From Monocercomonoides exilis PA203 (lineage: Eukaryota > Protista > Preaxostyla): a stretch of 64,000 nucleotides of DNA. Each line of letters starts with the position of its first letter. The first letter of the stretch is position 1. The notes under the pieces were generated by a model that saw only the letters and a list, made by a program, of their open reading frames with translations, had not been told where the DNA came from and made no database searches. The DNA lies in NCBI GenBank assembly GCA_001643675.2, contig LSRY02000010.1, forward strand, positions 806,001 to 870,000, given 5' to 3'. Of the stretch, positions 39,340-52,342 are shown piece by piece. A program made the position numbers and the translations under genes.

Positions 39340-42300
39340 TTAAAAACTTTGAGTTTCTATTAAGACTGTTGAAATAATCTCAAAAACATCATGAATTAAA
39401 CCATCTCTTGTTGCAGCTGGTAATCCTATGTTTCTTCTCAGAGCTCCAATGTCTGTCGCCAAAAGCCAGATGCCTACCGCAAAGTCAATATACGTGTTCT
39501 GATTCACATCATCCCAAAACGGGATGATTTCTGAGATCTTCTTGTTGCTGTACTTGTGATAGTTAGACTCAGGATTCACAGCCGATGGACTTTCCGGGCG
39601 CACATCGCTCGAAAAAGAGGAGAGAAAGAGAGGAAACACGCCTTCGTCTGCGCGCCCGTTCGGATGGAACGACACTGCGACAGACGAAAGCCAGGAATAA
39701 GCAGAAGAGCCATCAGAATCACTTGAATCTGACGAATTCTTTTTATTTTTTTTCGGTTTGGACACTTTTTTGTTGGAGGAAGCAGACCCACCTGCAATCA
39801 TATTTGAAGGCAGCTGGTTGAAAGAAGGAGAAGAGACGAAGTGGAGGAACGTGGTGAAGGAGGAGTGTGTGAGGAGAGGCGCAAGAAAAGGCGGAGGGGC
39901 AGTTGATCCGATGATGGAAGCACAGTTTGACTGCATCGATTGGATGAGCTCGATTGATGGAAGAAGAGCAGCAGGCAGAAACGGGCTGAACGATGGCAAA
40001 ATAACAGATTCTTCTATTTCTTCTTCTTCTTCTTCGTAATCTTCATTGTCTTTGTTGTATTTGTCTTTATTGTTTCCTTTTCTTCCTTTTAAATTTTCCT
40101 TCTCTTCTCCAACTGATGTGATGGCAGATCTATCATTGTTGTCATTTCCTCTTGCACTGTTATTAATGCTCACTCTTTTTCCTGCTTCTCCTTTATTCTT
40201 CATTAGTGTTGAATGATGAATAAACGGCTGTGCCATTCTTCTTCTTTCTTCTTTTTCTCCATTCCCTTCCTTCTCCTCTTCTTCCTCCAGATCCTCCGAC
40301 AGCTTCGTCACAATAAACTGATGCCCTCTTTTCTCCACCACTTTCATCTCCTCTGCCAACGATGCATCCAATCTTTCCTTTTGCATCGGAGAATGCGAGC
40401 CAATTGTCTGCTGTGGAGACGAAGGCAGCTCCATGTTGCTGATGATGGGTGTGTTGATTGACTCAATCAGAGAAGCGACTGTCTGCTCAATCAACGACGA
40501 TGGAGGCTTTGAGCCATTGCCAAAGGAACTTGAATGACTCAGGCTGTTATTGTTATTGTTGTTGTTGCTGCTTCCACTGTTAATGGCCACACGCAAAGGA
40601 ATCTCATCATCATCTTCTTCTTCTCCTTCATCTGCTCCTCCTCTAACTCCTCCTTCTCTTCCAACTGACACTCTGCTTGAATACGAGCTGCTTCGACTGC
40701 TCCTTCGTTTGCTTTCAGATTCAGAAGATGACCCAAATGCTCCTTCATTCTCTATAATCTCCAATTCTGAATCATCATCCCCTTCTTTGTCTGTCAAATT
40801 TCTGTCATTTTTGCTTCTTCCATCTTCTTCTCCTGCAAAAAGTGAGTCATTCCCTTCCTTTTCTATGTCTCTTTTGCTGCCTTGTGGGAATGCAGACAAG
40901 CTAAGCGAAGGACGCTGAGCCATTGAACTATGGAAGTTGATTGCATTCTTCTCTGCAAATGAATCAAAATTGTCTGTTGTGTTTGAGGAGAATGAAGAGG
41001 AACTTATCATTTCATCCTCTTTTGAGATTAAGGATGAGGATGAGGAGGATGATGATGATGAAAAACTGGGCAATGAAGAAGCCAAAGAAGAAGAGGAGGA
41101 GGAGGAGGAAGAGGAAGAAGACGAAAAATCAGGAGAACACGACTGAACACATGCAACAGTATCACCGTTTCCTTCTTCTATCTGTATGCTGTCAAATCCA
41201 ACATTATCTGTTCTTTCTCCTCCACTCAATGCCATCTTCAATGGAGACTGCCTTTTCGATGAGCTCGGCCGCCTGCTCATCTGCGTCCGCACAGCAGGCT
41301 CACTAAATGTGTCTTTTTGCTCCATTCTCCCCGCCATTCCTGCTTTCCCTGCTTCATTCACATTATTCACATTATTTATGCTATTAATGTTATTCATACT
41401 ATTCATTGTATTCCCCTTCTTCTCTGTTTCTCTCACAGATCTGTTGAGAGGATTCATCGGGAGTGTGCGAGGCACAGAGGTGAAGGTGTATGGGCCAGCT
41501 GAGGTGATTGTTGGGAGGAGAGAAGAATGGGCAGAGTGGGCAATGGTGCGTGGCGTGATCATCTGAGGAGCAGAGGAAGAGGAAGAAGAAGAGAAGGAAG
41601 AAGAAGAGAAGGAAGAAGAAGATGGTGATGATGCAGAATTGGATGGAGGCTGAGAAGGAGAAAGAGAAGGAGAGACAGCTGTTGGGTCAGTTGATGGAGT
41701 TGGAGTTGTCACATAAGATGAAGAAGAAGAAGATGTTGCTGTTGATTCATTTGCAATTGAAGTCTTTTGCAACTGCCCTGCCTGCATATCCTCAGGATCA
41801 GCAGAGTATATCATCACATACGAGTCCAATTCATCGTCTTCTCCATCTGACGCACTTTCTCCATTGTCTGCTTGTTGTTGTTGTTGCTGCTGCTGTTGAT
41901 GGAAAGCCTGCGAAGAAGAAGAAGAAGAAGAAGAAGAAGAAGAAGAAGAAAGAGATTGAGACGCCGCTAAGTTCTGGGCTGAAAGAGTAGAAAAGGTGGA
42001 AGGCTTAGGAGAAAGAGAGTAAGGGGGGAAAGGAGGATAAGAAGGAAGATTGCGGGAAGAGGAAGACAATTGCACAGAATATGGCCTCATCGACATCTTT
42101 GTGGGAGAGGTGGGCAGAAACAGAGAGGAAGAAAGAGGAGGAGAAAAGGAAGAAGAAGAAGGGGAGGAGGAAGAAGAGGAAGAAGAGGAAGAATAAGAAT
42201 AAGAAGGAAGTGTAGCTGAAGCATGAGCAGAAGTCTGAGCATATCTGTTGTTCTGATGAAGCAGCTGTTGAGCATTAAGATAGCCACGAGACGAAAGAAG

Positions 42301-45204
42301 AGGAGAATTGTTAGCAAAATACGGAGCAGACAAGAAAGAGGAAGAGAAAGAAGAAGTGGAAGCTGAGTGGTTGTGGTTGACTTGCAATTTGTGGGAGAAT
42401 CTGTTTGGATTTGCGATGTTTTGCTTCGTCTGCTCGTCTTCTGCCTCGCTCAGCCTCATCTTCTGTGTAATCAGCACTTTCCCTGTAGACACAAAGAACT
42501 CATTCCCCAATGTTGGCTCATTCATTTTCTCGTCTCTTCCTTCCCCCCCTCCTCCTCCTCCTCCAATAAACCCTTCTCCTCTTCTCCCTCCTCTTTCTCC
42601 TCCTCCTCCTCCTCCAAACGATCCGCTTCTTCTCCCACTTGCTCTTAATGGATCCATCGAAAGTGCAGTTTTGCTGGTTGAGAAGGCAGGCGTCACAAAG
42701 AAACTGGATGTCTGCCGTTGCAACATCCGCTGCTGCTTCAGATTCTGCTTCCTCTCTGCTGATGATTGAGAAGGGAGCTTGGGCTTTTGAGAGGAAGAAG
42801 AGGAAGAGGAAGAGGAAGAGGAAGAAGAAGGAGAAGGAGAAGGAGAAGAGGCAGTAGAAAACAATGAAGAAGAAAGATTGGAAGAAGAAGAAGAAGAAGA
42901 AGAAGAAGGGAAAGAAGAAGAGGAGGAAGGTGAATAATAAGAGTAGCTAGGAGCAGAAGAAGGGTTGGCAGCAATAGAATTGCGAGCCAATGAGATGATG
43001 TAATGTGAAGCCGAAGAACGTACAAGATCAGAAATAGCCAAAGAAATTGAATATTTGCTCGATAACTCCACGTTGCTGAGGTAAGCTTCAGAGAAATCTG
43101 ATGAAGAGCTGGAAAGAGCAGACGAGGAAGAAGACAACGAGGAAGAGGATGATGATGATGATGATGATGATCCAAGCAAAGAAGAGAGAGGCAAAGGAGA
43201 AGACGCAGCAGGCTGAGTCACTTTCCAAATGGAAGACGAAAGAGGCGACAAAAGTTTCAAGCTGCCGTTCAGCTGCGCTTCTGCTCTGCTCGCAAACGAG
43301 CCAGAAAATTCAGCACTCATCTTCTCCATCGTATTCTCCGCTTCTCTCTCTCTCTGTGTCATCCCATTTTTTCTAAATGCCCCCTTCCACTTCTCCTTCT
43401 CCTGTGCCAATTCCACCTGTCTCCTTCTCCTCAGCACATCTTCTCCCCTCCTTTGCACGCCAGCCTCAGTAGAGAAGATTAACGACCTGCTCATTGCAGG
43501 GAAAAGAGGGTGAGGGAGAGGACAATCGAGATAATGGCTGAGCAGAGCAACAAGATGAGCTACGTGGCCAATGGCAGCAGAGAGGCGCTCACAAGTAGAG
43601 AGAGAGACAGGAGGGAGAAGGAGGAGAGTGTGGATGAGGGAGACATCGTCAGGGGTGGGGTAGGATGGGAGAGGAGGAGGGGAAGGAGGAGGGGAAGGAG
43701 AAGGGGAGGGGGATGATAAAGGAGAAGGACAAGGAGAAGGAGAAGATGAGGATTGCTCATTGAAAGAATGAGAAGAAGATAAAGAAGAAGAAGAAAGGAA
43801 TGTTTCAGAATGATCTGGGGAACGAGAAGGGAAAGGAGAGGCAAGAGTCTTTGAGCGTTGGGTGTTCTCAGAGAAAGGAGGAGGCGGAAGAGGCGGAGGA
43901 AGAGAGTTGCGATGTGTTTGTCTGATGTTTTGGCTGATTAAAGGAGAGATGTGAGAGGAAGATGGAGAAGATGGAGAGGAATGAGAAGGAGAAACAAAAG
44001 GAGAAGAAGAATTAACAGATGATGATGACTCCACAAATGAAGAAGGCATTTGAGGAGGAGGAGGAGGAGGCGGTGGCGGTGGAGAAAGCGTAGAAAGAGG
44101 AGCAATCTGTTTCATTCCATTCATTTTGTCAACTCCATTTCCATCTCCAACAGAAGAAATGCTATCCATTTTCATGTTTGTTCCAAAAGAAGAAGAAGAT
44201 GATGATGATGAAATTGCTTTGCCATCAACATCTGCAGCAGAATAAAGAGACCTCATCCAAACAGAACGTGCTCTTCCAAACACTTCTCTTGTCTGTGTCT
44301 GCCTTTGCCCACTCTTCTTCTTATTCTTCTTATTCTTCTTCAATTCTTCCTCTTCATCTTCTTCTTTCTCTTTCTCTTCTTTTCTCTCATATTTCTTCTT
44401 CGACATCTTCTTTCTCTCTCTTTTTCTTCTTTTTCCATTGGCATCTGTGTTCTCTTCCTCGGCCACTCTTCTCAATCCCAGTCCTCTCACATAAATAAGC
44501 TGCCCTTCGTCGCAACTTCTATCTGATGGCGAAAATGTAGTTGAACTGCTTTCAACAGAAGAAGGAGGAGAAGAAGAGGAAGAGGAGGAAGAAGATGATG
44601 AAGAATCAGAACAATAAGAATTATCTGCTCTTTCATCATTTTCTTCTCCTTCTTCTTCTCTTTCTCTCAAACACATTCTTCTTGCTTCTCTCTTCATCAT
44701 CATTTTTCTTTCCCTCCTCGCCTTGTGCATTTCATGCTTCCTAATTAAGCGCTCTGTAAATTCTTCCTTTTTTGTCCTCGCTCCTTTAATATTCCTCCTC
44801 TTGACAAAAAAGTCCATAATTTCTGCCCAATCCCCTTCAACCAGCTGCGAAGTCCACGAATCAATCACCGAAGAGTTCTGTGAGATGCTTATTCTGGAAG
44901 GCAGTGAAACACCGCAGATGGACCAAATCGGAGAAACTTTCGGGTGAAGCGGGGGTAAAATGACAGCAGGGGGAAGAAGAGAAGAAAGAGAGGTGAATAA
45001 GAAGAAGAGAGGAGAAAGAGCAAAAGCAGCAGGCTGATAGGAGGCAACAAGAGGAGAAAGAAGGAGGCGGAGCTGGGCTGAAAGGAAAGCGATGCTTTGG
45101 ATGTCTTTCTGGTTATTCTTCTCGTTGTTGACATATGCCATCATCTGAGTGATCTCCCTCTCTTTGGCATTCAACCTCTTTCTCCCTTCTCTCCTTTGCT
45201 GTTG

Positions 45205-45240
<36 letters not shown>

Positions 45241-48200
45241 TGCATTTACCCCCCTCATCTCATCTAACAATCTGCTTTCTGCACGATATTCTTCCGTTCT
45301 CTTTCCTTTCTCTCTCTTTTGGGACTTCTTGTTCTTCTTATTCTTTGAGCTCTTTTTGTTTTTTTTACCTCCTCCCCTTCCATTGCCTTCTCCAAATACA
45401 TTTTCATCTTCATTTTCATCGTCTTCATCATCGTCTTCCTCCTCCTCTTCATCATCTTCATCTTCATCAAAATTGATGTCCAAATCAAACAAAGATGACA
45501 GTTTTGTGTTCACAAGACGCGTCATGCTCATCTTCTTCCTCTTTCGATAGCCAATTCTCCTCAGCTCTGTCCGCAACAGAAACAGCTCCTGCGTCAGATG
45601 GAGAGGAGAGAGAAGATGGAGACTTGGATGAGGAGGAGGAGGAGGATGAAGAGGAGGATGATGAAGAGATTGAAGAGTTTGGCTTGATTGATTGGATTGA
45701 TTGGATTGAGTGATGTGTGAGGAGAGGAGAGGAGGTTGTTGTGTGGTTGATGTAAGAAGAGAAGAAGATGAAGAGGGAGAGGAAGAAGAAGAAGAAGAAG
45801 AAGGTGAAGAAGAAAAGGAAGAAGGAGAGGAGGAAGAAGAATATGAAAGTGGACGATTCGAAGAAAGAAGAGAAGGGGAGATGTTACTGCGTGGATAGGA
45901 AATGGCAGGAAAAGAAGGGAGAGAGAGAGGAAAAGAAGGAGGATGAATTGCAGTCAGGAAGATGTTGAGATGAAGATAAAAAGGAGAATGCTGTTGGAAT
46001 GAATAGGAAAAGGGAGAAGAAAGAGAAGAAGAAGAAGAAGAAGAAATAAGTTTGTTTGAAGTGTAGTAATTTCTGTGTGAATTTTGATAAGAAGAAGAAG
46101 ATGATGATGATGATGATGACAAACGTACTTTTCTGCTCTGAAATATGCAAAATGATGTGAAAAACGAGCTTTCAGCTGGAGAAATGATGAGCGGATTGCG
46201 AGAAGGAGGATGAATTTGAGAGAGGAGTTCATTGCGAATCAGGTTGGCTCGTATTCTGTTGATGTCTGTGTGAAGAAGATGAGGATGAGGACGAGGATGG
46301 CCATGAGGATGTGAAGGAACTGATTTATTGGCAGTATGATTGTGAGTGTGCTGTTGATGATGATGATTGGAATGATGATGATGATGATGAGATGAATGGT
46401 TATTATTATTATTGTTGTTGTTGTTATGATTGGAACTGGAATGAAATGGGTTTTTGTCTGAAGAAGAAGAAGAAGAAGAAGAAGAATGGCTTTGTTGTTG
46501 ATGTTTGTGTGAAAAAGTCGATTCCTGCTTCTGTTTGCTGAGGGAAAGCGGAGAAAAATAAGTGGACATATTACTATGAGAGCTTGAATTCTGATTCTGA
46601 TTGGAAGAAGAAGACGACGACGATGAAGAAGGAGAAGAAGAAGGAGAAGAAGAAGATGATGATGATGATTTATTTGATGAGTTTTGTGTTAATTTTCGCA
46701 TTGTTTCATCTGCAAACCTTCCATTTTTGTTTGAAGGGTGTGGCTCAACAGGCATCGGATGCTGTTGGAAGCTTGGACGCTGCTTGGCATGAATGTGTTG
46801 CTGGAAAAACTGAACAGGAGAAGAAGAAGAGGAAGGAGAGGAAGGAGAAGGAGAGGAAGAGATGGAAGAAATGGAAGAAGGAGAAGTTGGAGAAGAAGGG
46901 GAAGAAGGGGAAAGAGGAGAAAGAGGTGAAGTGGGAAGACAATCTGTGGAAGAAAGCAACGGAGATGAAATGTGTTCCGAAGGGAGTGTGGGGGAGATGA
47001 CGAAGGAAGGAGAAGCAGAAGGAGAAGCAGAAGAGGAAGAGGAAGAGGAAGAAGTCGAAGAAGAATGAGGAGAAGAAATGGAAGAAAACGAAGAAGAAGC
47101 AGACGCACAAGAAGAAGAAACAGAAGAAGAAATAGAAGAAGAAAAAGAACCAGATGAAATGGGCAAAGAGGAAGGCAGGATGTTTTGAGTGGATGAGTCA
47201 GTCAAAGAAGAGAGCTGAGAAAGAGAAGAGAGAGAGACACCAAAAAGAGATTGGGTGATTCCGAGAGAAAGAGAAGAGGCATTGCTGTCTGTATCAGCGA
47301 TGCCTGTGCAGTTGAGGTTGCTGGGAGAGGAAGAGGAGGAGGAAGAGGAAGAGGAAGAAGATGAGAAGGAAGAAGAAGAAGAAGAAGAAGAAGAAGAAGA
47401 GGAGGAGGAGGAGGAGGAGGAAAAAGACGATGAAGATGAGAATGAAGATGTATCACATAGAAGAGGGGGAGAGTCTGGGGCGCATTGGAATGAAGTGCTG
47501 AGAGAAAGAGAAGCGTTTGAAGTGGCTGAAAGAGAAGATGACGATAATGATGAAGACAATAAAGAAGAAGAAGAAGATGATGATGATGATGATGATGATG
47601 ATGACAATGATGCAGAAGCAGAGCGGGAGAGCGGATTGTGGAGTGTTTGGCGGGTGAATGAGGAATGAGGCGAAAGAGAAGGCAATTGCTGCGAAGAAGG
47701 AGGCAGAAACGACGAGAGAGGTGGAGGATATTGAGAGTGCGGTGCTTCGTTCAGAATGTCTCTGGAATCTGCCAATTTTGAGCTTTCTTCGCATTCTTCG
47801 TGAAGTTCAATGGAAGAAAACTTTTGTGATAAAGAAGTATCAGAGGGATTTGTGCTTTTAATGTCCATGTTATTGGACTGTGCAGCACTCAAAACAGAAT
47901 TCGAAGTTGAGCTTGTAATGTTTCCTTGAATTTCTTTTTGATTTCCTTCTCTTTTATCTTTTGCGTCTTCATCAATCTCTTTTTCTTCCTCTTCTTCTTC
48001 TTCCTCATTCTCCTCCTCCTCTTCTTTTTCTTTTTCTTCTTTTTCACCATTTCTGCCTTGCCCTCCAGAAGTCTTCTTAACATTATCAACCACTTTTTTA
48101 CTTTCGCTAGCCATTTTTGCTTCATTCTTCGCTCTTTCGTTTTCTTCCTTCAACCGTCTCATTTGCAACTCCTGCTTCTGCCGAAGGATCTGCTTCATCT

Positions 48201-49194
48201 TCTCTTTTTCCTCCTCCAGCCGCTCTGAGTTCGAGACAGGCATAACTTTCCTCATCGGAAACAGCTCACTCACCACAGATGCCACCAGATGCAGCTTTCG
48301 CTGCTTTACAAGCTCATTCATTTCGAGCTCAGACAAACGAAAGGAATACAAAATGTTCAGCGCATGAGACGCACGGAGAATGAAAGGAAATGGAACAAAC
48401 GCGCTCTTCAGCATCTTGCGGCAATGCCTTTCTTTTTTCTGAAGGGCAATTGGTGAACTTGTACGACTTAACGAGTTAGATGATCCTGCTTGAAATGAAA
48501 AATCTTCATTGTTTGTTGATTCTGATGGCTCAATTGTGTCAAAAAGATTGGACGAGAAGGAATTATTGCATGGTAAAAATAAGCCAATTGTTTCAAGGTG
48601 TTCATTTTCTTCCATAAATAATCTTAGATTAAGCTGCCTTTCGCAAAAACCTGCTCGAACTAAGGTTGATATGTCAGAAAGTTTCATTGATAAAGCAGAA
48701 GATTGATACACATTTTCATAGAGCACAAGAGACTGAGAATTGATAAATAATGGCTCAAGCGGGGAGCTCACAATTCTATCTTCAGAATTGAAAAACGCAT
48801 TTCCATTAGCAAACGGGAAATAAAACTCTGAAAGTTCTTTCCTCGTTAGCGCAGAGGCTTCTTGTATTATCCTTCCTTTTTCTTTATTGTTTTTCAGATA
48901 TGACAGCATTATTTCTTTTAATTGCTCCAAAATGTTCCGTTTAAAAATCAATGAATGCACTTTAGTCTGAATTGATTTTTTTTCTTTTTTAATAGTCTCA
49001 TTAATTTCTAAGCTCGATTTATAGCGCTCAGCGTATCTTTCAAGTGACGCGTTCCTTCTGAAGATTGCCCATTGAGTAAACAATACAAACTGATTTAGCG
49101 TTCGAGTTGACTGCGTAAATGATGAAAATGTTATTGTAAGATGTTTGCAATGCTTACCGGAATTACGCACTTTGCGCATCGGTTCTGGTTGCAT
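39340..49194 (-). CDS. UVRAG/Vps38/ATG14-family (class III PI3K complex) subunit inflated to 3284 aa by low-complexity inserts
   Basis: N-terminal coiled coil; VVSELFPM; WSICGVSLP; LSAAIGHVAHLVALLSHYLDCPLPHPLFPAMSRSLI; FPLF; FAVGIWLLATDIGALR...GL. These appear in the order known for the Atg14/UVRAG C-terminal domain. The exact 5' end is uncertain. Confidence 0.75.
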
Positions 49195-49407
49195 TCAAAT
49201 ACTCTCAAAATGCGAAATTTTTTATTATTAAAATATTGTTTTGATCAATATACCATAAGTAAAGAGAAATTTTGATGAAATGAAAAAATAAAAATGAAAT
49301 GGAAAAAAAGAATCGAATGCTTAAAGAAAACGAAAATTCTGACAAATGCTTTCATGTGATCGTGAGTAGTTTTTGAGATTCCTTTAAAAGAAGTTCAAAT
49401 CCGTTGC

Positions 49408-50327
49408 TTATTTCTGAAATTGAATACTAAAAAAAGAGAGCTTATATGCTAATAATAACTCATTATGTCATACTTATATCCTCCGGACTTTTCATCTTTT
49501 TGAACTTTAAAATTATCCAAACTTAGTCCAACCTTTCCTAACAGTTTATTTCCCAAATTTTTCAATTTTCCTAAAGATTTAAAATAAAAGAGTAAAATGA
49601 ATCAACAAATAAATAAGCCCAAACCAATGAGTTCTTCCTTTTCTTTTTCGTGTTTTTCTTGTACAGAAACCTCAAGTCTTTTTACAGCTGATTGTGCTTC
49701 TTTGTTTGATGGTTCCACAACTACAATCTGCTTGTATCCATCAAGAGACTCTTCTAATTTTCCAAGATTCTCATCTGCTAATGCCTTTCTGAACAATGCT
49801 TTAACATTGTTTTCGAAACCCGGGTGTCGAAGAACAATTGCTGCATACCGAGAAGCATCAGAATAAGATGAAAGTTTTATGTAAGATAAGGCAATGTTGT
49901 TACACAGAGAAGCACGAAGATCCGTCAAGCTTTTTGGCTCAGAAAAATCTTGTGAAGCATTCTTTTGAGAGGGATCCGTTGCAGGTGCTTCTGCTTCGGT
50001 AGATTCAGGTTCTGGGGGAGGATATTCATCAGAAGCATACGGAGGCTCGTCATCTGGATAATAATCAGGATATTGATTAACTTCTGATTCGTGAAGATAT
50101 GGAGCATCAGGAAGAACATCAAGAGCAGAAAAATACGTTGCTAATGCTTGCTCAAAATCTCCTTTGCCAAAATATGTATTTCCTTCGGTTTTCAATTTTG
50201 AAGCTTTTTCTAGCAAGGCATCAAGATTATCAGTGGATGAAATATTTTCCTGAAACGAGCATAAGCATTAAATAATCGTTCTTCGAGCAAAATATAACGA
50301 TAACCAAACAGTTATTTCTTCTGACAT
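49408..50327 (-). CDS. TTC1: Tetratricopeptide repeat protein 1-like co-chaperone, 4 exons
   Basis: LKTEGNTYF...ALATY, LCNNIALSYIKL, VKALFRKA; diagnostic C-terminus KEELIG|KLKNLGNKLLGKVGLSLDNFKVQKD..SGGY|NIQFQK*. Confidence 0.88.
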
Positions 50328-51190
50328 AAATATTGATGACTTATGGGTCAATCCAATTTGTTGGATAAAATGAATGATTAATTTGTATTTTGAGACTTTC
50401 TCCAAAAACTATTCAAACCGTGAATTATGTCAATCAAAAATTTCATTTTCCAATAGAAACAGAAATTATTGCATTAATAATAACTGAAATTTCAAACAAT
50501 TTCATTGAATAAAATACACCAAAAAGAATAATAACTCAAAGAAGAATTATTCATTTTCGAAATGAGTTATTATTTTTGCAATCAAACTTTTTCAATCGAA
50601 AAAAATCGTTGAAAAAAATAACTTACAAAAATGGAAGAAAATCCACGATAAAGAAAACATATTATAAGAGTTTGACTCTTCTATTCTCATATCAATTTGA
50701 TTGGGTTTTCCAATAACAACGATGCAAAGGTCTTTTGATCATTTATTTCAGAACAAACGATAAAAATAATGCATTTACACATTCCCCGAAAAAATGTGTG
50801 ATTTCAAAAATTATCACCAAAATAATTGTTATTTTTTCTGATTTTAACAAAACAAATAAAAGAAAAATTTGAAATAAAAAGACTATTATCATTATTTATT
50901 CCATAAATGAGATCGAACAAAAAGTTGTTAACTTCAGTGATTAACAATAATGAAATATCTTTCTTTTTATTTGTCATCAGAGTTAGAATTTTTGAAAAAA
51001 AAAAATAGGTGTGCTGTTATTTAAATATGAAAGAATATTTTTCTTTGACTTATAATGTTTAATTTGTTTAAGGAAAAATTGAAAGTTTCAGTTATTTACG
51101 AATTTTGAAATTGAGAATTAATTTTTTTTCGAAAATTGAATATTTTTGGTGTAATCTTCCAGAAAAAATGTTTTTAAAAAAAAAAATAAA

Positions 51191-51229
51191 ATATGAGTTT
51201 TTCTTTTTGAAAAGTCGCAAATGTTTAAT
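51191..51229 (+). repeat. Dispersed solo copy of the element-1 terminus
   Basis: ATATGAGTTTTTCTTTTTGAAAAGTCGCAAATGTTTAAT matches 10027-10065 at 37/39 positions. Confidence 0.8.
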
Positions 51230-52342
51230 ATCTGGGTTAATATTGATTTCATTATTTGGGACAAAATATTTGACTTCATGCATTTTCCTTGAAAAATTAT
51301 TCACTTTTCATTGACTTTTTGAGATCAAAAATCGCAATAGAAATATGTCAATTTTTTGACATTCGAAAAATGTTGGAAAACTTAATGTTTTGATTTTAAT
51401 GATTCCTGTTTAGAAATTATTTAATCCGATTTATTTTGAAATCTGAGAAAGAAAAATTAAGATATGAACGAAGTTATTTTTCTATGCTTTGTGCAAAAAC
51501 AGCTTGAAAGTCAGTATTTTTCCCCATTTGATCATTAATCGCAACATATTCATCAAACTTAATTGTGTTGCAAATTAAAAAATTCACACATATTTAATGA
51601 AAAAATTGTTCATTTCATCAAATTATTTCTGAGTAAAAAAACAAATGCTTGACTATGTTATTTTATTCATTCTTGTAAAGTCTCGAGAGTTGAAATGAAT
51701 TAATGAGGAAAATGTGAAAATTTTTTTTCAATCTGATAATTACACAAAAAGAATTTTTCAAAAAAAAAATTCGATATTTCTTTTTTCTTAATTGTTATGC
51801 AACAATCAGCTCCATCCCAAACATTAAGCTCTGCAAACCAAAGACTGGACACTTCAACAATAAGTCCAATTTCTGATCTTTGGAAAGGATACAGATTGAA
51901 ACATCAAAACAGCCAATAGAACAATATTAATAACATACACATGATTATTTTTATTTAAAAATGAAATTGTTGTTTTTCATCTATCAATCAATCTCCAAAT
52001 ATTTTCAGAAAAAAATTCTTAATCAATACATCTTTCCATAGCTTATTGTCACTTATGGAAATAAAATTTATTGTTCTTCAGATAATGATCAATTATGGAA
52101 TTCTTTATCTATTGACGAATATTCCAGTTCGAAAAAAATTATTCGATCACTGAAACCGTAATAAATAAAGAAAAAGATAAATCGTTGATTTTCTCTACAA
52201 TTGTTTGTCAAAAATGTCAACAAAAGCAAAAACAGTGTGAACGCATATACTTTTACGACCGTTTCGAGTTTTTGCACATATATTTCTTCTTTCCAAACAT
52301 ATGAGAATTTAATGTAACTTTCAAAATGGTATTGTTTTCTGA

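Noticed and set aside
31985-48706. Dozens of short ORFs overlapping the TPR and UVRAG/ATG14 genes
   Set aside because: Shadow ORFs of stop-poor low-complexity sequence with no domain signal.
50527-50573. 12-bp inverted repeat AATAATAACTCA/TGAGTTATTATT
   Set aside because: Short and very AT-rich, compatible with chance, and lacks ATAT|GGG ends.
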